DNA from: Eledone cirrhosa
Lineage: Eukaryota
Direction: 5' to 3'
DNA: 64,000 nucleotides
NCBI GenBank assembly: GCA_964016885.1
Contig: OZ024740.1
Coordinates: forward strand, 203,050,001-203,114,000
Shown: positions 27,101 through 45,501 of the stretch, one piece after another
How positions within the stretch are numbered: the first letter of the stretch is position 1
How the letters are laid out: each line of letters starts with the position of its first letter
Translations under genes and position numbers: made by a program
Notes under the pieces: generated by a model
Database searches by the model: none
What the model was told of the DNA's origin: nothing
Seen by the model: only the letters and a program-made list of their open reading frames with translations

Positions 27101-30100
27101 AACAACAACAATAACATGCAAAACAATAACACTGGAATTAACAACAACAACAACAACAACAATAACATGCATAACAATAACACTGGAATTAACAACAACA
27201 ACAGCAACAATAACATGCATAACAATAACACTGGAATTAGCAACAACAACAACAACAACAATAACATGCATAACAATAACACTGGAATTAACAACAACAA
27301 CAATAACAACAATAACATGCATAACAATAACACTGGAATTAACAACAACAACAACAATAATAACATGCATAACAATAACACTGGAATTAACAACAACAAC
27401 AACAATAACATGCATAACAATAACACTGGAATTAACAACAACAACAACAATAACATGCATAACAATAACACTGGAATTAGCAACAACAACAACAACAACA
27501 ATAACATGCATAACAATAACACTGGAATTAACAACAACAACAATAACAACAATAACATGCATAACAATAACACTGGAATTAACAACAACAACAACAACAA
27601 CAATAACATGCATAACAATAACACTGGAATTAACAACAACAACAATAACATGCATAACAATAACACTGGAATTAACAACAACAACAACAATAACATGCAT
27701 AACAATAACACTGGAATTAACAACAACAACAACAACAACAAAAACATGCATAACAATAACACTGGAATTAACAACAACAACAACAATAACATGCATAACA
27801 ATAACACTGGAATTAACAACAACAACAACAACAATGACATGCATAACAATAACACTGGGATTAACAACAACAACAACAATAAAATGCATAACAATAACAC
27901 TGGAATTAACAACAACAACAACAATAACATGCATAACAATAACACTGGAATTAACAACAACAACAACAATAACATGCATAACAATAACACTGGAATTAAC
28001 AAAAAACAACAACAACAATAACATGCATAACAATAACACTGGAATTAACAACAACAACAACAACAATAACATGCATAACAATAACACTGGAATTAACAAC
28101 AACAACAATAACAACAACAATGACATGCATAACAATAACACTGGAATTAACAACAACAACAACAACAATAACATGCATAACAATAACACTGGAATTAACA
28201 ACAACAACAACAATAACATGCATAACAATAACACTTGAATTAACAACAACAACAACAACAACAACAATGACATGCATAACAATAACACTGGAATTAACAA
28301 CAACAACAACAACAACAATGACATGCATAACAATAACACTGGGATTAACAACAACAACAACAATAACATGCATAACAATAACACTGGAATTAACAACAAC
28401 AACAACAACAATAACATGCATAACAATAACACTGGAATTAACAACAACAACAACAATAACATGCATAACAATAACACTGGAATTAACAACAACAACAACA
28501 ACAATAACATGCATAACAATAACACTGGAATTAACAACAACAACAACAACAACAATAACATGCATAACAATAACACTGGAATTAACAACAACAACAACAA
28601 TAACATGCATAACAATAACACTGGAATTAACAACAACAACAACAATAACATGCATAACAATAACACTGGAATTAACAACAACAACAACAATAACATGCAT
28701 AACAATAACACTGGAATTAACAACAACAACAACAACAATAACATGCATAACAATAACACTGGAATTAACAACAACAACAACAATAACATGCATAACAATA
28801 ACACTGGAATTAACAACAACAACAACAACAATAACATGCATAACAATAACACTGGAATTAACAACAACAACAACAACAACAATAACATGCATAATAATAA
28901 CACTGGAATTAACAACAATAACAACAACAATAACATGCATAACAATAACACTGGAATTAACAACAACAACAACAACAATAACATGCATAACAATAACACT
29001 GGAATTAACAACAACAATAACAACAACAATAACATGCATAACAACAACAATAACAACAACAATAACATGCATAACAATAACACTGGAATTAACAACAATA
29101 ACAACAACAATAACATGCATAACAATAACACTGGAATTAACAACAACAACAACAACAATAACATGCATAACAATAACACTGGAATTAACAACAACAATAA
29201 CAACAACAATAACATGCATAACAACAACAATAACAACAACAATAACATGCATAACAATAACACTGGAATTAACAACAACAACAACAATAACATGCATAAC
29301 AATAACACTGGAATTAACAACAACAACAACAATAATAACATGCATAACAATAACACTGGAATTAACAACAACAATAACACTGGAATTAACAACAACAACA
29401 ACAACAACAATAACATGCATAACAATAACACTGGAATTAACAACAACAACAACAATAACATGCATAACAATAACACTGGAATTAACAACAACAACAACAA
29501 CAATAACATGCATAACAATAACACTGGAATTAGCAACAACAACAACAACAATAACATGCATAACAATAACACTGGAATTAACAACAACAACAATAACAAC
29601 AATAACATGCATAACAATAACACTGGAATTAACAACAACAACAACAACAACAATAACATGCATAACAATAACACTGGAATTAACAACAACAACAACAATA
29701 ACATGCATAACAATAACACTGGAATTAACAACAACCACAACAATAACATGCATAACAATAACACTGGAATTAACAACAACAACAACAACAACAATAACAT
29801 GCATAACAATAACACTGGAATTAACAACAACAACAGCAACAATAACATGCATAACAATAACACTGGAATTAGCAACAACAACAACAACAACAATAACATG
29901 CATAACAATAACACTGGAATTAACAACAACAACAATAACAACAATAACATGCATAACAATAACACTGGAATTAACAACAACAACAACAATAATAACATGC
30001 ATAACAATAACACTGGAATTAACAACAACAACAACAATAACATGCATAACAATAACACTGGAATTAACAACAACAACAACAATAACATGCATAACAATAA

Positions 30101-33100
30101 CAATGGAATTAGCAACAACAACAACAACAACAACAATAACATGCATAACAATAACACTGGAATTAACAACAACAACAATAACAACAATAACATGCATAAC
30201 AATAACACTGGAATTAACAACAACAACAACAACAACAATAACATGCATAACAATAACACTGGAATTAACAACAACAACAACAATAACATGCATAACAATA
30301 ACACTGGAATTAACAACAACAACAACAATAACATGCATAACAATAACACTGGAATTAACAACAACAACAACAACAACAATAACATGCATAACAATAACAC
30401 TGGAATTAACAACAACAACAACAATAACATGCATAACAATAACACTGGAATTAACAACAACAACAACAACAACAATGACATGCATAACAATAACACTGGG
30501 ATTAACAACAACAACAACAATAAAATGCATAACAATAACACTGGAATTAACAACAACAACAACAATAACATGCATAACAATAACACTGGAATTAACAACA
30601 ACAACAACAATAACATGCATAACAATAACACTGGAATTAACAACAACAACAACAACAACAACAACAATAACATGCATAACAATAACACTGGAATTAACAA
30701 CAACAACAATAACAACAACAATGACATGCATAACAATAACACTGGAATTAACAACAACAACAACAACAATAACATGCATAACAATAACACTGGAATTAAC
30801 AACAACAACAACAATAACATGCATAACAATAACACTGGAATTAACAACAACAACAACAACAACAATGACATGCATAACAATAACACTGGAATTAACAACA
30901 ACAACAACAACAACAACAATGACATGCATAACAATAACACTGGGATTAACAACAACAACAACAATAACATGCATAACAATAACACTGGAATTAACAACAA
31001 CAACAATAACAACAATAACATGCATAACAATAACACTGGAATTAACAACAACAACAACAACAACAATAACATGCATAACAATAACACTGGAATTAACAAC
31101 AACAACAATAACATGCATAACAATAACACTGGAATTAACAACAACAACAACAATAACATGCATAACAATAACACTGGAATTAACAACAACAACAACAACA
31201 ACAAAAACATGCATAACAATAACACTGGAATTAACAACAACAACAACAATAACATGCATAACAATAACACTGGAATTAACAACAACAACAACAACAATGA
31301 CATGCATAACAATAACACTGGGATTAACAACAACAACAACAATAAAATGCATAACAATAACACTGGAATTAACAACAACAACAACAATAACATGCATAAC
31401 AATAACACTGGAATTAACAACAACAACAACAATAACATGCATAACAATAACACTGGAATTAACAAAAAACAACAACAACAATAACATGCATAACAATAAC
31501 ACTGGAATTAACAACAACAACAACAACAATAACATGCATAACAATAACACTGGAATTAACAACAACAACAATAACAACAACAATGACATGCATAACAATA
31601 ACACTGGAATTAACAACAACAACAACAACAATAACATGCATAACAATAACACTGGAATTAACAACAACAACAACAATAACATGCATAACAATAACACTGG
31701 AATTAACAACAACAACAACAACAACAATGACATGCATAACAATAACACTGGAATTAACAACAACAACAACAACAACAATGACATGCATAACAATAACACT
31801 GGGATTAACAACAACAACAACAATAACATGCATAACAATAACACTGGAATTAACAACAACAACAACAACAATAACATGCATAACAATAACACTGGAATTA
31901 ACAACAACAACAACAATAACATGCATAACAATAACACTGGAATTAACAACAACAACAACAACAATAACATGCATAACAATAACACTGGAATTAACAACAA
32001 CAACAACAACAACAATAACATGCATAACAATAACACTGGAATTAACAACAACAACAACAATAACATGCATAACAATAACACTGGAATTAACAACAACAAC
32101 AACAATAACATGCATAACAATAACACTGGAATTAACAACAACAACAACAATAACATGCATAACAATAACACTGGAATTAACAACAACAACAACAACAATA
32201 ACATGCATAACAATAACACTGGAATTAACAACAACAACAACAATAACATGCATGACAATAACACTGGAATTAACAACAACAACAACAACAATAACATGCA
32301 TAACAATAACACTGGAATTAACAACAACAACAACAACAACAATAACATGCATAATAATAACACTGGAATTAACAACAATAACAACAACAATAACATGCAT
32401 AACAATAACACTGGAATTAACAACAACAACAACAACAATAACATGCATAACAATAACACTGGAATTAACAACAACAATAACAACAACAATAACATGCATA
32501 ACAACAACAATAACAACAACAATAACATGCATAACAATAACACTGGAATTAACAACAATAACAACAACAATAACATGCATAACAATAACACTGGAATTAA
32601 CAACAACAACAACAACAATAACATGCATAACAATAACACTGGAATTAACAACAACAATAACAACAACAATAACATGCATAACAACAACAATAACAACAAC
32701 AATAACATGCATAACAATAACACTGGAATTAACAACAACAACAACAATAACATGCATAACAATAACACTGGAATTAACAACAACAACAACAATAATAACA
32801 TGCATAACAATAACACTGGAATTAACAACAACAATAACACTGGAATTAACAACAACAACAACAACAACAATAACATGCATAACAATAACACTGGAATTAA
32901 CAACAACAACAACAATAACATGCATAACAATAACACTGGAATTAACAACAACAACAACAACAATAACATGCATAACAATAACACTGGAATTAGCAACAAC
33001 AACAACAACAATAACATGCATAACAATAACACTGGAATTAACAACAACAACAATAACAACAATAACATGCATAACAATAACACTGGAATTAACAACAACA

Positions 33101-36100
33101 ACAACAACAACAATAACATGCATAACAATAACACTGGAATTAACAACAACAACAACAATAACATGCATAACAATAACACTGGAATTAACAACAACCACAA
33201 CAATAACATGCATAACAATAACACTGGAATTAACAACAACAACAACAACAACAATAACATGCATAACAATAACACTGGAATTAACAACAACAACAGCAAC
33301 AATAACATGCATAACAATAACACTGGAATTAGCAACAACAACAACAACAACAATAACATGCATAACAATAACACTGGAATTAACAACAACAACAATAACA
33401 ACAATAACATGCATAACAATAACACTGGAATTAACAACAACAACAACAATAATAACATGCATAACAATAACACTGGAATTAACAACAACAACAACAATAA
33501 CATGCATAACAATAACACTGGAATTAACAACAACAACAACAATAACATGCATAACAATAACAATGGAATTAGCAACAACAACAACAACAACAATAACATG
33601 CATAACAATAACACTGGAATTAACAACAACAACAATAACAACAATAACATGCATAACAATAACACTGGAATTAACAACAACAACAACAACAATAACATGC
33701 ATAACAATAACACTGGAATTAACAACAACAACAACAATAACATGCATAACAATAACACTGGAATTAACAACAACAACAACAATAACATGCATAACAATAA
33801 CACTGGAATTAACAACAACAACAACAACAACAATAACATGCATAACAATAACACTGGAATTAACAACAACAACAACAATAACATGCATAACAATAACACT
33901 GGAATTAACAACAACAACAACAACAACAATGACATGCATAACAATAACACTGGGATTAACAACAACAACAACAATAAAATGCATAACAATAACACTGGAA
34001 TTAACAACAACAACAACAATAACATGCATAACAATAACACTGGAATTAACAACAACAACAACAATAACATGCATAACAATAACACTGGAATTAACAACAA
34101 CAACAACAACAACAACAACAATAACATGCATAACAATAACACTGGAATTAACAACAACAACAATAACAACAACAATGACATGCATAACAATAACTATGGA
34201 ATTAACAACAACAACAACAACAATAACATGCATAACAATAACACTGGAATTAACAACAACAACAACAATAACATGCATAACAATAACACTGGAATTAACA
34301 ACAACAACAACAACAACAATGACATGCATAACAATAACACTGGAATTAACAACAACAACAACAACAACAACAATGACATGCATAACAATAACACTGGGAT
34401 TAACAACAACAACAACAATAACATGCATAACAATAACACTGGAATTAACAACAACAACAACAACAACAATAACATGCATAACAATAACACTGGAATTAAC
34501 AACAACAACAACAATAACATGCATAACAATAACACTGGAATTAACAACAACAACAACAGCAATAACATGCATAACAATAACACTGGAATTAACAACAACA
34601 ACAACAACAATAACATGCATAACAATAACACTGGAATTAACAACAACAACAACAATAACATGCATAACAATAACACTGGAATTAACAACAACAACAACAA
34701 TAACATGCATAACAATAACACTGGAATTAACAACAACAACAACAATAACATGCATAACAATAACACTGGAATTAACAACAACAACAACAACAATAACATG
34801 CATAACAATAACACTGGAATTAACAACAACAACAACAATAACATGCATAACAATAACACTGGAATTAACAACAACAACAACAACAACAATAACATGCATA
34901 ACAATAACACTGGAATTAACAACAACAACAACAACAATAATATGCATAATAATAACACTGGAATTAACAACAATAACAACAACAATAACATGCATAACAA
35001 TAACACTGGAATTAACAACAACAACAACAACAACAATAACATGCATAACAATAACACTGGAATTAACAACAACAATAACAACAACAATAACATGAATAAC
35101 AACAACAATAACAACAACAATAACATGCATAACAATAACACTGGAATTAACAACAATAACAACAACAATAACATGCATAACAATAACACTGGAATTAACA
35201 ACAATAACAACAACAATAACATGCATAACAATAACACTGGAATTAACAACAACAATAACAACAACAATAACATGCATAACAACAACAATAACAACAACAA
35301 TAACATGCATAACAATAACACTGGAATTAACAACAACAACAACAATAACATGCATAACAATAACACTGGAATTAACAACAACAACAACAATAACATGCAT
35401 AACAATAACACTGGAATTAACAACAACAACAACAACAATAACACTGGAATTAACAACAAGAACAACAATAACAACATGCATAACAATAACACTGGAATTA
35501 ACAACAACAACAACAATAACATGCATAACAATAACACTGGAATTAACAACAACAACAACAACGATAACATGCATAACAATAACACTGGAATTAACAACAA
35601 CAACAACAACAACAACAATAACATGCATAACAATAACACTGGAATTAACAACAACAACAATAACAACATGCATAACAATAACACTGGAATTAACAACAAC
35701 AACAACAATAACACTGGAATTAACAACATCAACAACAATAACATGCATAACAATAACACTGGAATTAACAACAACAACAACAACAACAATAACACTGGAA
35801 TTAACAACAACAACAACAACAATAACACTGGAATTAACAACAAGAACAACAACAATAACATGCATAACAATAACACTGGAATTAACAACAACAACAACGA
35901 CAATAACATGCATAACAATAACACTGGAATTAACAACAACAACAACAACGATAACATGCATAGCAATAACACTGGAATTAACAACAACAACAACAACAAC
36001 AATAACATGCATAACAATAACACTGAAATTAACAACAACAACAACAACAATAACATGCATAACAATAACACTGGAATTAACAACAACAACAATAACATGC

Positions 36101-36313
36101 ATAACAATAACACTGGAATTAACAACAACAACAACAACGATAACATGCATAACAATAACACTGGAATTAACGACAACAACAACAACAATAACATGCATAA
36201 CAATAACACTGGAATTAACAACAACAACAACAACAATAACATGCATAACAATAACACTGGGAATTAACAACAACAACAACAACGATAACATGCATAACAA
36301 TAACACTGGAATT

Positions 36314-36346
<33 letters not shown>

Positions 36347-39300
36347 AACATGCATAACAATAACACTGGAATTAACAACAACAACAACAACAATAACATG
36401 CATAACAATAACACTGGAATTAACAACAACAACAACAACAATAACATGCATAACAATAACACTGGAATTAACAACAACAACAACAACTATAACATGCATA
36501 ACAATAACACTGGAATTAACAACAACAACAACAACAACAATAACATGCATAACAATAACACTGGAATTAATAACAACAATAACATGCATAACAATAACAC
36601 TGGAATTAACAACAACAACAACAACAATAACATGCATAACAATAACACTGGGAATTAACAACAACAACAACAATAACAACATGCATAACAATAACACTGG
36701 AATTAACAACAACAACAACAACAATAACATGCATAACAATAACACTAAGAATTAACAACAACAACAACAATAACAACATGCATAACAATAACACTGGAAT
36801 TAACAACAACAACAACAACAATAACATGCATAACAATAACACTGGGAATTAACAACAACAACAACAATAACATGCATAACAACAACACTGGAATTAACAA
36901 CAACAACAACAATAACATGCATAACAATAACACTGGAATTAACACAAACAACAACAATAACAACATGCATAACAATAACACTGGAATTAACAAGAACAAC
37001 AACAACAATAACATGCATAACAATAACACTGGAATTAACAACAACAACAACAACATGCATAACAATAACACTGGAATTAACAACAACAACAATAACAACA
37101 TGCATAACAATAACACTGGAAGTAACAATAACACTGGAAGTAACAACAACAACAACAACAATAACATGCATAACAAAAACACTGGAATTAACAACAACAA
37201 CAACAACAACAACATGCATAACAATAACACTGGAATTAACAACAACAACAACAATAACAACATGCATAACAATAACACTGGAATTAACAACAACAACAAC
37301 AACAACAATAACATGCATAACAATAACACTGGAATTAACAACAACAACAACAACAACAATAACATGCATAACAATAACATTAGAATTAACAACAACAACA
37401 ATAACAACGATAACATGCATAACAATAACACTGGGAATTAACAACAACAACAATAACATGCATAACAATAACACTGGAATTAACAACAACAACAACAACA
37501 ATAACATGCATAACAATAACACTGGGAATTAACAACAACAACAACAACAACAACAATAACATGCATAACAATAACACTGGAATTAACAACAACAACAACA
37601 ACAACAATAACATGCATAACAATAACACTGGCATTAACAACAACAATAACAACAATAACAACATGCATAACAATAACATTGGAATTAACAACAACAATAA
37701 CAACAATAACATGCATAACAATAACACTGGAATTAACAACAACAACAACAACAATATGCATAACAATAACACTGGAATTAACAACAACAACAACAACAAC
37801 AATAACATGCATAACAATAACACTGGGAATTAACAACAACAACAACAACAACAATAACATGCATAACAATAACACTGGAATTAACAACAACAACAATAAC
37901 AACATGCATAACAATAACACTGGAATTAACAACAACAACAACAATAACATGCATAACAATAACACTGGAATTAACAACAACAACAACAACAATAACATGC
38001 ATAACAATAACACTGGAATTAACAACAACAACAACAACAATAACATGCATAACAATAACACTGGAATGAACAACAACAACAACAATAACATGCATAACAA
38101 TAACACTGGAATTAGCAACAACAACAACAACAACAATAACATGCATAACAATAACACTGGAATTAACAACAACAACAACAATAACATGCATAACAATAAC
38201 ACTGGAATTGACAACAACAATAACAACAATAACATGCATAACAATAACACTGGAATTAACAACAACAACAACAACAACAATAACATGCATAACAATAACA
38301 CTGGAATTAACAACAACAACAACAATAACATGCATAACAATAACACTGGAATTGACAACAACAACAACAATAACAACAATAACATGCATAACAATAACAC
38401 TGGAATTAACAACAACAACAATAACATGCATTACAATAACACTGGAATTAACAACAACAACAATAACAACAATAACATGCAGAACAATAACACTGGAATT
38501 AACAACAACAACAACAACAACAATAACATGCATAACAATAACACTGGAATTAACAACAACAACAACAACAACAATAACATGCATAACAATAACACTAGAA
38601 TTAACAACAACAATAACAACAATAACATGCATAACAATAACACAGGAATTAACAACAACAACAATAACAACAATAACATGCATAACAATAACACTGGAAT
38701 TAACATCAACAACAAAATCAACAATAACATGCATAACAATAACACTGGAATTAACAACAACAATAACAACGATAACATGCATAACAATAACACTGGAATT
38801 AACAACAACAACAACAATAACAACATGCATAACAATAACACTGGAATTAACAACAATAATAACAATAACATGCATAACAATAACACTGGAATTTACAACA
38901 ACAATAACAACAATAACATGCATAACAATAACACTGGAATTAACAACAACAACAACAATAACAATAACATGCATAACAATAACACTGGAATTAACAACAA
39001 CAACAACAATAACAACATGCATAACAATAACACTGGAATTAACAACAACAATAACAATAACATGCATAACAATAACACTGGAATTAACAACAACAACAAC
39101 AACAATAACATGCATAACAATAACACTGGAATTAACAACAACAACAACAACAATAACATGCATAACAATAACACTGGAATTAACAACAACAACAACAACA
39201 ACAATAACATGCATAACAATAACACTGGAATTAACAACAACAACAACAACAATAACATGCATAACAATAACACTGGAATTAACAACAACAACAACAATAA

Positions 39301-42300
39301 CAATAACATGCATAACAATAACACTGGAATTAACAACAACAGCAACAACAATAACATGCATAACAATAACACTGGAATTAACAACAACAACAACAATAAC
39401 ATGCATAACAATAACACTGGAATTAACAACAATAACAACAACAATAACATGCATAACAATAACACTGGAATTAACAATAACAACAACAATAACATGCATA
39501 ACAATAACACTGGAATTAACAACAACAACAACAATAACATGCATAACAATAACACTGGAATTAACAATAACAACAACAATAACATATATAACAATAACAC
39601 TGGAATTAACAACAACAACAACAATAACATGCATAACAATAACACTGGAATTAACAACAACAACAACAATAACATGCATAACAATAACACTGGAATTAAC
39701 AACAACAATAACAACAATAACATGCATAACAATAACACTGGAATTAACAACAACAACAACAACAACAATAACATGCATAACAATAACACTGGAATTAACA
39801 ACAACAACAACAATAACATGCATAACAATAACACTGAAATTGACAACAACAACAACAATAACATGCATAACAATAACACTGGAATTAACAACAACAACAA
39901 CAATAACATGCATAACAATAACACTGGAATTAACAACAACAACAATAACAACAATAACATGCATAACAATAACACTGGAATTAACAACAACAACAACAAC
40001 AACAATTACATGCATAACAATAACACTGGAATTAACAACAACAACAACAACAATAACATACATAACAATAACACTGGAATTAAAAACAACAATAACAACA
40101 ATAACACGCATAACAATAACACTGGAATTAACAACAACAATAACAACAACAATAACACGCATAACAATAACACTGGAATTAACAACAATAACAATAATAA
40201 CATGCATAACAATAACACTGGAATTAACAACAACAACAACAACAATAACATGCATAACAATAACACTGGAATTAACAACAACAACAACACCAACAATAAC
40301 ATGCATAACAATAACACTGGAATTAACAACAACAACAACAACAACAATAACATGCATAACAATAACACTGGAATTAACTAACAACAACAACAACAATGAC
40401 ATGCATAACAATAACACTGGAATTAACAACAACAATAACAACAACAATAACATGCATAACAATAACACTGGAATTAACAACAACAATAACAACAATAACA
40501 TGCATAACAATAACACTGGAATTAACAACAACAATAACAACAATAACATGCATAACAATAACACTGGAATTAACAACAACAACAACAATAACATGCATAA
40601 CAATAACAGTGGAATTAACAACAACAACAACAATAACATGCATAACAATAACACTGGAATTAACAACAACAACAACAACAATAATAACATGCATAACAAT
40701 AACACTGGAATTAACAACAACAACAACAATAACATGCATAACAATAACACTGGAATTAACAACAACAACAACAACAATAATAACATGCATAACAATAACA
40801 CTGAAATTAACAACAACAATAACAACAACAATAACATGCATAACAATAACACTGGAATTAACAACAACAACATGCATAACAATAACACTGGAATTAACAA
40901 CAACAACATGCATAACAATAACACTGGAATTAACAACAACAACAACAACAACAATAACATGCATAACAATAACACTGGAATTAACAACAACAAAAACAAC
41001 AATAACATGCATAACAATAGCACTGGAATTAACAACAACAACAACAACAATAACATGCATAACAATAACACTGGAATTAACAACAACTACAACAACAATA
41101 ATAACATGCATAACAATAACACTGGAATTAACAACAACAACAACAATAATAACATGCATAACAATAACACTGAAATTAACAACAACAACAACAATAACAC
41201 TGGAATTAACAACAACAACAACAACAACAATAACATGCATAACAATAACAATGGAATTAACAACAACAACATGCATAACAATAACACTGGAATTAACAAC
41301 AACAACATGCATAACAATAACACTGGAATTAACAACAACAACATGCATAACAATAACACTGGAATTAACAACAACAACATGCATAACAATAACACTGGAA
41401 TTAACAACAACAACAACAACAATAACATGCATAACAATAACACTGGAATTAACAACAACAACAACAACAATAACATGCATAACAATAACACTGGAATTAA
41501 CAACAACAACAACAATAATAACATGCATAACAATAACACTGGAATTAACAACAACAACAACAATAATAACATGCATAACAATAACACTGGAATTAACAAC
41601 AACAACAACAATAACACTGGAATTAACAACAACAACAACAACAACAATAACATGCATAACAATAACACTGGAATTAACAACAACAACAACAACAATAACA
41701 TGCATAACAATAACACTGGAATTAACAACAACAACAACAACAATAACATGCATAACAATAACACTGGAATTAGCAACAACAACAACAACAACAATAACAT
41801 GCATAACAATAACACTGGAATTAACAACAACAACAATAACAACAATAACATGCATAACAATAACACTGGAATTAACAACAACAACAACAACCACAATAAC
41901 ATGCATAACAATAACACTGGAATTAACAACAACAACAACAATAACATGCAAAACAATAACACTGGAATTAACGACAACAACAACAACAACAATAACATGC
42001 ATAACAATAACACTGGAATTAACAACAACAACAGCAACAATAACATGCATAACAATAACACTGGAATTAGCAACAACAACAACAACAACAATAACATGCA
42101 TAACAATAACACTGGAATTAACAACAACAACAATAACAACAATAACATGCATAACAATAACACTGGAATTAACAACAACAACAACAATAATAACATGCAT
42201 AACAATAACACTGGAATTAACAACAACAACAACAATAACATGCATAACAATAACACTGGAATTAACAACAACAACAACAATAACATGCATAACAATAACA

Positions 42301-45300
42301 CTGGAATTAGCAACAACAACAACAACAACAATAACATGCATAACAATAACACTGGAATTAACAACAACAACAATAACAACAATAACATGCATAACAATAA
42401 CACTGGAATTAACAACAACAACAACAACAACAATAACATGCATAACAATAACACTGGAATTAACAGCAACAACAACAATAACATGCATAACAATAACACT
42501 GGAATTAACAACAACAACAACAATAACATGCATAACAATAACACTGGAATTAACAACAACAACAACAACAACAAAAACATGCATAACAATAACACTGGAA
42601 TTAACAACAACAACAACAATAACTTGCATAACAATAACACTGGAATTAACAACAACAACAACAACAACAATGACATGCATAACAATAACACTGGGATTAA
42701 CAACAACAACAACAATAAAATGCATAACAATAACACTGGAATTAACAACAACAACAACAATAACATGCATAACAATAACACTGGAATTAACAACAACAAC
42801 AACAATAACATGCATAACAATAACACTGGAATTAACAAAAAACAACAACAACAATAACATGCATAACAATAACACTGGAATTAACAACAACAACAACAAC
42901 AATAACATGCATAACAATAACACTGGAATTAACAACAACAACAATAACAACAACAATGACATGCATAACAATAACACTGGAATTAACAACAACAACAACA
43001 ACAATAACATGCATAACAATAACACTGGAATTAACAACAACAACAACAATAACATGCATAACAATAACACTGGAATTAACAACAACAACAACAACAACAA
43101 TGACATGCATAACAATAACACTGGAATTAACAACAACAACAACAACAACAATGACATGCATAACAATAACACTGGGATTAACAACAACAACAACAATAAC
43201 ATGCATAACAATAACACTGGAATTAACAACAACAACAACAACAATAACATGCATAACAATAACACTGGAATTAACAACAACAACAACAATAACATGCATA
43301 ACAATAACACTGGAATTAACAACAACAACAACAACAATAACATGCATAACAATAACACTGGAATTAACAACAACAACAACAACAACAATAACATGCATAA
43401 CAATAACACTGGAATTAACAACAACAACAACAATAACATGCATAACAATAACACTGGAATTAACAACAACAACAACAATAACATGCATAACAATAACACT
43501 GGAATTAACAACAACAACAACAATAACATGCATAACAATAACACTGGAATTAACAACAACAACAACAACAATAACATGCATAACAATAACACTGGAATTA
43601 ACAACAACAACAACAATAACATGCATAACAATAACACTGGAATTAACAACAACAACAACAACAATAACATGCATAACAATAACACTGGAATTAACAACAA
43701 CAACAACAACAACAATAACATGCATAATAATAACACTGGAATTAACAACAATAACAACAACAATAACATGCATAACAATAACACTGGAATTAACAACAAC
43801 AACAACAACAATAACATGCATAACAATAACACTGGAATTAACAACAACAATAACAACAACAATAACATACATAACAACAACAATAACAACAACAATAACA
43901 TGCATAACAATACCACTGGAATTAACAACAATAACAACAACAATAACATGCATAACAATAACACTGGAATTAACAACAACAACAACAACAATAACATGCA
44001 TAACAATAACACTGGAATTAACAACAACAATAACAACAACAATAACATGCATAACAACAACAATAACAACAACAATAACATGCATAACAATAACACTGGA
44101 ATTAACAACAACAACAACAATAACATGCATAACAATAACACTGGAATTAACAACAACAACAACAATAATAACATGCATAACAATAACACTGGAATTAACA
44201 ACAACAATAACACTGGAATTAACAACAACAACAACAACAACAATAACATGCATAACAATAACACTGGAATTAACAACAACAACAACAATAACATGCATAA
44301 CAATAACACTGGAATTAACAACAACAACAACAACAATAACATGCATAACAATAACACTGGAATTAGCAACAACAACAACAACAATAACATGCATAACAAT
44401 AACACTGGAATTAACAACAACAACAATAACAACAATAACATGCATAACAATAACACTGGAATTAAAAACAACAACAACAACAACAATAACATGCATAACA
44501 ATAACACTGGAATTAACAACAACAACAACAATAACATGCATAACAATAACACTGGAATTAACAACAACCACAACAATAACATGCATAACAATAACACTGG
44601 AATTAACAACAACAACAACAACAACAATAACATGCATAACAATAACACTGGAATTAACAACAACAACAGCAACAATAACATGCATAACAATAACACTGGA
44701 ATTAGCAACAACAACAACAACAACAATAACATGCATAACAATAACACTGGAATTAACAACAACAACAATAACAACAATAACATGCATAACAATAACACTG
44801 GAATTAACAACAACAACAACAATAATAACATGCATAACAATAACACTGGAATTAACAACAACAACAACAATAACATGCATAACAATAACACTGGAATTAA
44901 CAACAACAACAACAATAACATGCATAACAATAACAATGGAATTAGCAACAACAACAACAACAACAATAACATGCATAACAATAACACTGGAATTAACAAC
45001 AACAACAATAACAACAATAACATGCATAACAATAACACTGGAATTAACAACAACAACAACAACAACAATAACATGCATAACAATAACACTGGAATTAACA
45101 ACAACAACAACAATAACATGCATAACAATAACACTGGAATTAACAACAACAACAACAATAACATGCATAACAATAACACTGGAATTAACAACAACAACAA
45201 CAACAACAATAACATGCATAACAATAACACTGGAATTAACAACAACAACAACAATAACATGCATAACAATAACACTGGAATTAACAACAACAACAACAAC

Positions 45301-45468
45301 AACAATGACATGTATAACAATAACACTGGGATTAACAACAACAACAACAATAAAATGCATAACAATAACACTGGAATTAACAACAACAACAACAATAACA
45401 TGCATAACAATAACACTGGAATTAACAACAACAACAACAATAACATGCATAACAATAACACTGGAATT

Positions 45469-45501
<33 letters not shown>
